31,362 nucleotides of DNA, taken from Desulfatirhabdium butyrativorans. Its GTDB lineage: Bacteria; Desulfobacterota; Desulfobacteria; Desulfobacterales; DYRK01. The position numbers and the translations under genes are program-made. Below, piece by piece: positions 26,699 to 31,362 of the stretch. Below the pieces are notes generated by a model, which searched no databases, was not told the DNA's origin, and saw only the letters and a program-made list of their open reading frames with translations. Every line of letters begins with the position of its first letter. Positions within the stretch are counted from its first letter, which is position 1. The stretch spans positions 1-31,362 of the forward strand of contig DYRK01000004.1 of assembly GCA_020718785.1 (NCBI GenBank), given 5' to 3'.

Positions 26699-29527
26699 TC
26701 ACATATTTTCGTCAAACAAGCTCTGCTCTCTGCCCGGTGTTTTCCCTTCCCTTCTTGTTTCTATCTTTAACGTTTCTTTTTCAGAAAGTAAAGCATTTAT
26801 GATTTTTCTGTCTTTTAATTCTCTCGGCAGGATTTCAAAGAGAGTTTGCGCCAATTTCCATAAGAGATCATTGTCAATTCTTTGATTTTGTTTTAAGAAT
26901 CTGACAAGATCGCTTCTTTTTTCCTGTTTCCACAAGCGCATGGCAATATGCAGTTGGTCAATCAGCGGCGCATCGGCATCTAATTTTTCATAAGAGGGAA
27001 GATGATCTTCTCTGTCTGCAAGCATGGCAAGCCGGGCTTTGTCTTCTTCTCTGACAATATAGTGATAGTGATCCGAAAATTCTTTGGCGTCTTCCTGTCC
27101 GCAGCCGATTTGGGCTACAAGACGAATATCATCCCATTTCTGCTCCGATATGCCGTAAATATTTGCCACAACAAAATAAAAACGGCTGTGAACATCTCCG
27201 CTGAATGCGCCGGCAATGGTTTTCAGGGCGATTTCTCTCACATCATTGAGCAAGTCCGCAATTGCAACCGGCTCGCCTTGTTTTTCAACATATTCATATT
27301 GTCCGACAACGCCGACAGCAGGACCGTAACAGGCGACAATCAAATCCGCTCCCCGAAAGCCGTATCCCCAGAATCGCTCGATGCTGTCTTTGACGACTTT
27401 TTCGATTTCTGTTCGGACTTTGTTGTAAGTCGTGGCTTTGCTGTAAACTCTGGGGCGGCATACGACTGTTACCGAAGAAGATAAGGCTGACATTGTGGCT
27501 TTCAAAGCAGTGGTCAGTTCCGTATCAATGGGATAAGTGGCGGTAACATTCAATCCGGCGTTGAAAATGGCATTGATTAAGGCTGTCCATGCGTGAGTGC
27601 TTTGATGAGCAAACATGACGGTTATCACGCCGTTTTCTTTACATAAACGCTTGGCTTCAATAAGGCTGTCAGTCAGTTTTTTCTCAAAATGCTGATTGGC
27701 TTTTTCTGCACTTCCCTTATGCCGATGTTTCAGAGCAGTTGCTTCTTCGGATTTCGGCGTCAAAGGTGTTGAAAATATCTCTGGAAAAACATCTCCCAGA
27801 CTTTTTTTGAGCCAGATATAAAAAAAATCTGATAAGTCAGCATAAGCAATAGAGTCAAAATAGGGCGGATCAGTTACCACAATATCAGCAGTTTGACTTG
27901 GATAATTTATTGATGAGGCATCGCCTAATAGAACTTGTATATTCTGTTTGTAATATCCATTAGTTGGGCTTTCGTGTTTTAGAAAATCAAGTATCCAATC
28001 TAATTGACTCATTGCGCCGCCACCAACTTCTGATATTGGAACAGTTTCAGGATAATCCCAAACCATAGGAATTGCGTGTCTTCCGAAAGCATGTTCAAAT
28101 GTTTCTCTCTTGGTATGTAATACTCCAATGTTTGAACACCTTGATACAACTCGACTAATAAATAAACCCGAATAGGCTAAGACAGCTTTTTTATCAATAT
28201 TACCTCCTATTTTCTCATTTTTCATTTCCTCAACAAAATATTGTATCGCTACAAGCTGTCTTTGATTGAATAAATCTCCCCATCTCGGCATACCATAATA
28301 AAGTGCTGGTGAAATAATACAAGTTCCGGGTATGCCAACAATATCCGAATAAACCAATTCATTTGGTTTTTCTATGGTTTTAGATAACTCTTCCGCCATT
28401 GCAAAAGCATCCGAATCAGTCTGCTCAAGCGGACGATAATCTTTTCCATCTTTTGTATCGGTTATCACGCAAACCATTCTCTCGCCCAAATTGCCGTTTA
28501 TTCCCGCAGTTCTCAAATCCGCAACCGGCGTGATTTCGGAACAAAAGGGGCAACGGACATTCCCCCGATTCAGCATGGTGCCTTGTTTCAGCGTTATCTC
28601 ATTTCCTTTGGCAATTCCGAATCGTATCTCATCGTTTCCGATAGTCATGGTCAGCGCAACCTGTTTCCCTTTTTTATCGCAGACCATCATGGATTTGAGC
28701 AGCGGCATCTGTTTTTTGCAGCTCGGATTACTGCAAGGAGCGGTTCTTGCCCAGAGATAGCCGACAACCGGATGTCCGTCTTTTCCCTGCGGATACAAAT
28801 GCCCGATTCGCTGTTTTACCCGTTCCAAGATATTTTTGGCGTGACGTTCCACATCGTAAGCCAGTTTATTCGCTATGATTTTCTTTCCGCCGATTTCATC
28901 TTCATCAGCGATTTCAAAGGGTTTTCCGTATTTGTAGGGAAATTCAAATGTGCAGCGTTGAATCAGATGCGCCACCGGATTATAATCATTGGCAATCACA
29001 TTGCATCCCAGCCGAACCGCTTCCAGCGGAATTGCCCCGCCGCCTGCAAAAGGATCAAGCACGGTCGGCGTATCTTCATAAGCCGCCTGAATCAGTTCCC
29101 TTGCAATCTTCAGAATATCGGGATTGATCGAAGATTCCCATTTGACGAGACAGGCATCATCCAGCATTTCTTTGGTCGCAGGAGACGTATCGCTTTTGCC
29201 TTCGTCAAAGGCGATTTTCTTTTCAGACCATTTCGCAATAAAGGCAAGCAGCCGATTTCTCAGCGTATCTTCCTGATGGCGGTAAGGCTTGTATTTCGGA
29301 TTGCTGCCGAGCAATTCCCGTACCTTGTCTTTGAATGCCTGCGGACATTGCGGATCATCCGGATCCGGCACTAAAGAAGCAAAGACAATGGCTCGACATG
29401 CAGGGAGCGGTCGTCTTGCCCACCAGAGATGAAGCGTTGAAATATGCCCGTGCCGCAGTGATTTATCCCTGACAGATTCAGCCGAGATTTCTTTGATGGG
29501 CAATGCGATTTCGATGAGTTTTTTCAT
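26699..29527 (-). CDS. DUF1156-domain adenine DNA methyltransferase (COG1743-like)
   Basis: LHLWWARRPL, DPFAGGGAIPLEA (SAM-binding), TDPPY (catalytic) and two CxxC-type Zn-ribbon motifs. Confidence 0.92.
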   Translation of the reverse strand: MKKLIEIALPIKEISAESVRDKSLRHGHISTLHLWWARRPLPACRAIVFASLVPDPDDPQCPQAFKDKVRELLGSNPKYKPYRHQEDTLRNRLLAFIAKWSEKKIAFDEGKSDTSPATKEMLDDACLVKWESSINPDILKIARELIQAAYEDTPTVLDPFAGGGAIPLEAVRLGCNVIANDYNPVAHLIQRCTFEFPYKYGKPFEIADEDEIGGKKIIANKLAYDVERHAKNILERVKQRIGHLYPQGKDGHPVVGYLWARTAPCSNPSCKKQMPLLKSMMVCDKKGKQVALTMTIGNDEIRFGIAKGNEITLKQGTMLNRGNVRCPFCSEITPVADLRTAGINGNLGERMVCVITDTKDGKDYRPLEQTDSDAFAMAEELSKTIEKPNELVYSDIVGIPGTCIISPALYYGMPRWGDLFNQRQLVAIQYFVEEMKNEKIGGNIDKKAVLAYSGLFISRVVSRCSNIGVLHTKRETFEHAFGRHAIPMVWDYPETVPISEVGGGAMSQLDWILDFLKHESPTNGYYKQNIQVLLGDASSINYPSQTADIVVTDPPYFDSIAYADLSDFFYIWLKKSLGDVFPEIFSTPLTPKSEEATALKHRHKGSAEKANQHFEKKLTDSLIEAKRLCKENGVITVMFAHQSTHAWTALINAIFNAGLNVTATYPIDTELTTALKATMSALSSSVTVVCRPRVYSKATTYNKVRTEIEKVVKDSIERFWGYGFRGADLIVACYGPAVGVVGQYEYVEKQGEPVAIADLLNDVREIALKTIAGAFSGDVHSRFYFVVANIYGISEQKWDDIRLVAQIGCGQEDAKEFSDHYHYIVREEDKARLAMLADREDHLPSYEKLDADAPLIDQLHIAMRLWKQEKRSDLVRFLKQNQRIDNDLLWKLAQTLFEILPRELKDRKIINALLSEKETLKIETRREGKTPGREQSLFDENM

Positions 29528-29530
29528 GTT

Positions 29531-29737
29531 TTAACGCCGATCTATGGCTGTATGAATATTTTGCTGTATAGAATCAATGAGATGAATCAGATTTTCTTTT
29601 GGTTCATTTCGATAAATTTTATCCTTCAGAATATCCAACATCTCACTAATCATTCGTTCCGCCCTTGATTCATAATAGGCTTTTGCGAATTGCGGGTCTT
29701 CCATCTGGTTCTGAAACAAGCGTTCATAATTTGTCAT
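29531..29737 (-). CDS. Putative antitoxin partner of the Gp49/RelE toxin, without an HTH domain
   Basis: ATGA overlap with the toxin. The N-terminus MTNYERLFQNQMEDPQFAKAY resembles XRE antitoxin leaders, but no helix-turn-helix follows. Confidence 0.55.
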   Translation of the reverse strand: MTNYERLFQNQMEDPQFAKAYYESRAERMISEMLDILKDKIYRNEPKENLIHLIDSIQQNIHTAIDRR

Positions 29738-30093
29738 ATCCCGGACTCCATCTTATAAAGATTCCTTAATTCTTTTGCTCTTTCTATCTCTTTTCTCGGC
29801 GTTTTCTGGGTTTTTTTGATAAATCCGTGTGTAATGATAATTTTTGCTCCCCTCTGATAAAAGTAAAGACTTCTTGAAATTTTCTCTGTCAACAGTGTCC
29901 GTAATTCAAAAATTCCGTCCCCAAGATGTTTTGACAGATTTTCTTTTATCGGGAGATGGTGCTCTTTCAGTTTTATGAAATAATTTATAGTTTCAAAGAC
30001 TTTTGCTCTCTCAGAAATTGAAAGATTCAGTACAAATTCCTCAAAAGGCTTTTTTCCATTTTTCAGTTCAACATATTCAACTGTATATTTCAT
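29734..30093 (-). CDS. RelE/ParE-superfamily Gp49-like (DUF891) toxin
   Basis: KHLGDGIFELR, RSLYFY and ITHGFIKKTQKTPRKEIERAK motifs. Confidence 0.9.
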   Translation of the reverse strand: MKYTVEYVELKNGKKPFEEFVLNLSISERAKVFETINYFIKLKEHHLPIKENLSKHLGDGIFELRTLLTEKISRSLYFYQRGAKIIITHGFIKKTQKTPRKEIERAKELRNLYKMESGI

Positions 30094-30101
30094 TATCAAT
30101 A

Positions 30102-30134
30102 TTTGACAGACAATGCAACTTCGATGAGTTTTTT
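30102..30134 (-). repeat. Diverged duplicate of the first 11 codons of the DUF1156 gene
   Basis: 28/33 nt identical to 29492-29524. It reads KKLIEVALSVK versus KKLIEIALPIK. Confidence 0.75.
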
Positions 30135-30137
30135 TAC

Positions 30138-30208
30138 GAGCCGGACGATTTTGTAAATCGTCCGGCTGATAAAACGATTTGTGTCTGTTTTAAGCATGGG
30201 CATTTTAC
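30138..30208. repeat. Partial copy of the MITE-like family plus a hairpin
   Basis: The minus strand reads gtaaaatgcccatgcttaaaacagacacaaatcgttttatc directly after the higA stop, followed by the gccggacgattttgtaaatcgtccggc hairpin. Confidence 0.7.
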
Positions 30209-30508
30209 TCAGGCTGCTATAAAAGGCTGTATGTTTTTTATTGCTTGAAAATTCGGAGAATGATGTGCATCCCAAAGATCAACTGCCAACTGCAAGTTCA
30301 GCCATAATTCAGGAGTTGTATTTGTAAATCTGCCAAGCCGCAATGCAAAATCAGCGGTGATTCTCTGTTCTTCATTAATTATTTTATAAATGATTTCAGG
30401 AGATACACCGACAGCTACGGCAAATTCTTCCTCAGATATGGCAAATTCTTTGAGAATATCTTCTTTGATAAATATTCCCGGATGATTGGGTCTTTTTTTA
30501 GGCAACAT
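30209..30508 (-). CDS. higA: HigA-family antitoxin (XRE HTH)
   Basis: HPGIFIKEDIL, ITADFALRLGRF and TTPELWLNLQ. Start reassigned to ATG 30508. Confidence 0.9.
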   Translation of the reverse strand: MLPKKRPNHPGIFIKEDILKEFAISEEEFAVAVGVSPEIIYKIINEEQRITADFALRLGRFTNTTPELWLNLQLAVDLWDAHHSPNFQAIKNIQPFIAA

Positions 30509-30521
30509 AAATTTAATTCCT

Positions 30522-30806
30522 CTAATGATAATCCTCAAAAAATACGTCATAAACATTATTATCGTTATGCCATTCAAAACTGATACGCCATTGATTGTTG
30601 ATCCAAATGGCATAACGAGGCGGTTCAAAACCTTCAAGAGAATGGAATTTGTTGGACGGCGGAAAATACAAATCTTCGATTTTCTTTGCAGCATTAAGCA
30701 ATTCAAGACGCCGCCGGACTTTTTTGCATAGTTCTTTGTCTATCAGCTTTACATTCTCGCCGCCAAAAATTTTTTTGGTAATTTTATCCCGAAATGTGAT
30801 GATCAC
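30522..30806 (-). CDS. higB: HigB-family toxin
   Basis: RRLELLNAA, DLYFPPSNKFHSLEG, AIWINNQWRISFEW and EDYH C-terminus. GTG start, toxin-first order. Confidence 0.92.
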   Translation of the reverse strand: MIITFRDKITKKIFGGENVKLIDKELCKKVRRRLELLNAAKKIEDLYFPPSNKFHSLEGFEPPRYAIWINNQWRISFEWHNDNNVYDVFFEDYH

Positions 30807-30820
30807 CCGATTTTCCTATC

Positions 30821-31307
30821 TATTCTTACCGCCGTCATAATCTGCGCTTTTTGTAAAACGATTTTGCAAATCGTTTTATCGGCAAAACGGTTTGCAAAAC
30901 CGTTTTACGGTCATAATCTGCGCTTCTGTAAAACGCCCCTGCTTAAAACAGACGCAAATCGTTTTATCGGCAAAACGGTTTGCAAAACCGTTTTACGGTC
31001 ATAATCTGCGCTTCTGTAAAACGCCCCTGCTTAAAACAGACGCAAACCGTTTTACGGTCATAATCTGCACTTCTGTAAAACGGCTTTGCAAGCCGTTTTT
31101 TTGCGGCAAAACGGTTTGCAAAACCGTTTTACGGTCATAATCTGCGCTCCTGTAAAACGCCCCTGCTTAAAACAGACGCAAATCGTTTTATCGGCAAAAC
31201 GGTTTACAAAACCGTTTTACGGTCATAATCTGCGCTTCTGTAAAACGCCCCTGCTTAAAACAGACGCAAATCGTTTTATCGGCAAAACGGTTTACAAAAC
31301 CGTTTTA
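30821..31307. repeat. Modular tandem array of six units (~75, 88, 59, 77, 88, 88 nt) built from the left half of the MITE-like element plus an AAAACGGTTTRCAAAACCGTTTT hairpin
   Basis: Units start c(g)gtcataatctgcgcttctgtaaaacg at 30833, 30908, 30996, 31055, 31132 and 31220. There are no unique spacers. Confidence 0.9.
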
Positions 31308-31313
31308 CTCTGA

Positions 31314-31362
31314 TCAACACGCATGTTTTTTCCAGTTCTCTTCTTTGACAACATACTGAATC
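31314..31362 (-). CDS. 3' end of a gene entering from outside the window (IQYVVKEENWKKHAC*), possibly the SNF2-helicase/DUF3883 partner of the DUF1156-DUF499 system
   Basis: A 16-codon open frame co-oriented with the island. The identity is inferred only from the usual gene order of these loci. Confidence 0.3.
   Translation of the reverse strand, partial: IQYVVKEENWKKHAC

Noticed and set aside
30821-31307. CRISPR array
   Set aside because: There are no unique spacers, units vary in length and consist entirely of shared modules, and no cas genes are present.
11363-31307. Integron attC sites explaining the TA cassettes
   Set aside because: The repeats carry GTAAAAC/GTTTTAC arms, not RYYYAAC...GTTRRRY boxes. 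They do not follow every cassette, and no integrase is in the window.
30892-31313. Short repetitive ORFs, and similar ORFs at 11357-11615, 14482-14952, 24689-24901 and 10357-10572
   Set aside because: They are read-throughs of repeat elements with no RBS or protein features.

Overview
The window has moderate GC and reads like Desulfobacterota (Desulfobacterales-like, an inference from gene content and protein style). The left third is housekeeping and signalling: tupA, a hybrid histidine kinase, a family-5 SBP, a broken dockerin/Ig-repeat surface-protein gene, an M18 aminopeptidase, dacB and a SAM methyltransferase. From 11530 to the end, every credible gene is on the minus strand. These are pilD; a lipid-redox cluster (Fe-ADH-SCP2 fusion, ferredoxin, acyl-ACP-reductase-like fusion); an AT-rich DUF6978-like/DUF1828-like pair; an M48 peptidase; a membrane protein; a PAS-GGDEF-EAL protein; and a ~9.7 kb defence island. 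The island is a DUF1156 methylase/DUF499 ATPase system whose core genes are separated by toxin-antitoxin modules. These are HigBA, a Gp49/RelE toxin with an HTH-less partner, MNT-HEPN, an unusual HEPN + BolA-like pair, an orphan YefM and an AbrB/VapB relic. At least five families of short palindromic or heptamer repeats fill the intergenic spaces, including a ~150 bp MITE-like element that has expanded into a modular tandem array at the right end. I found no rRNA, tRNA, CRISPR array or transposase. Family names come from recognising motifs by eye, not from database searches.
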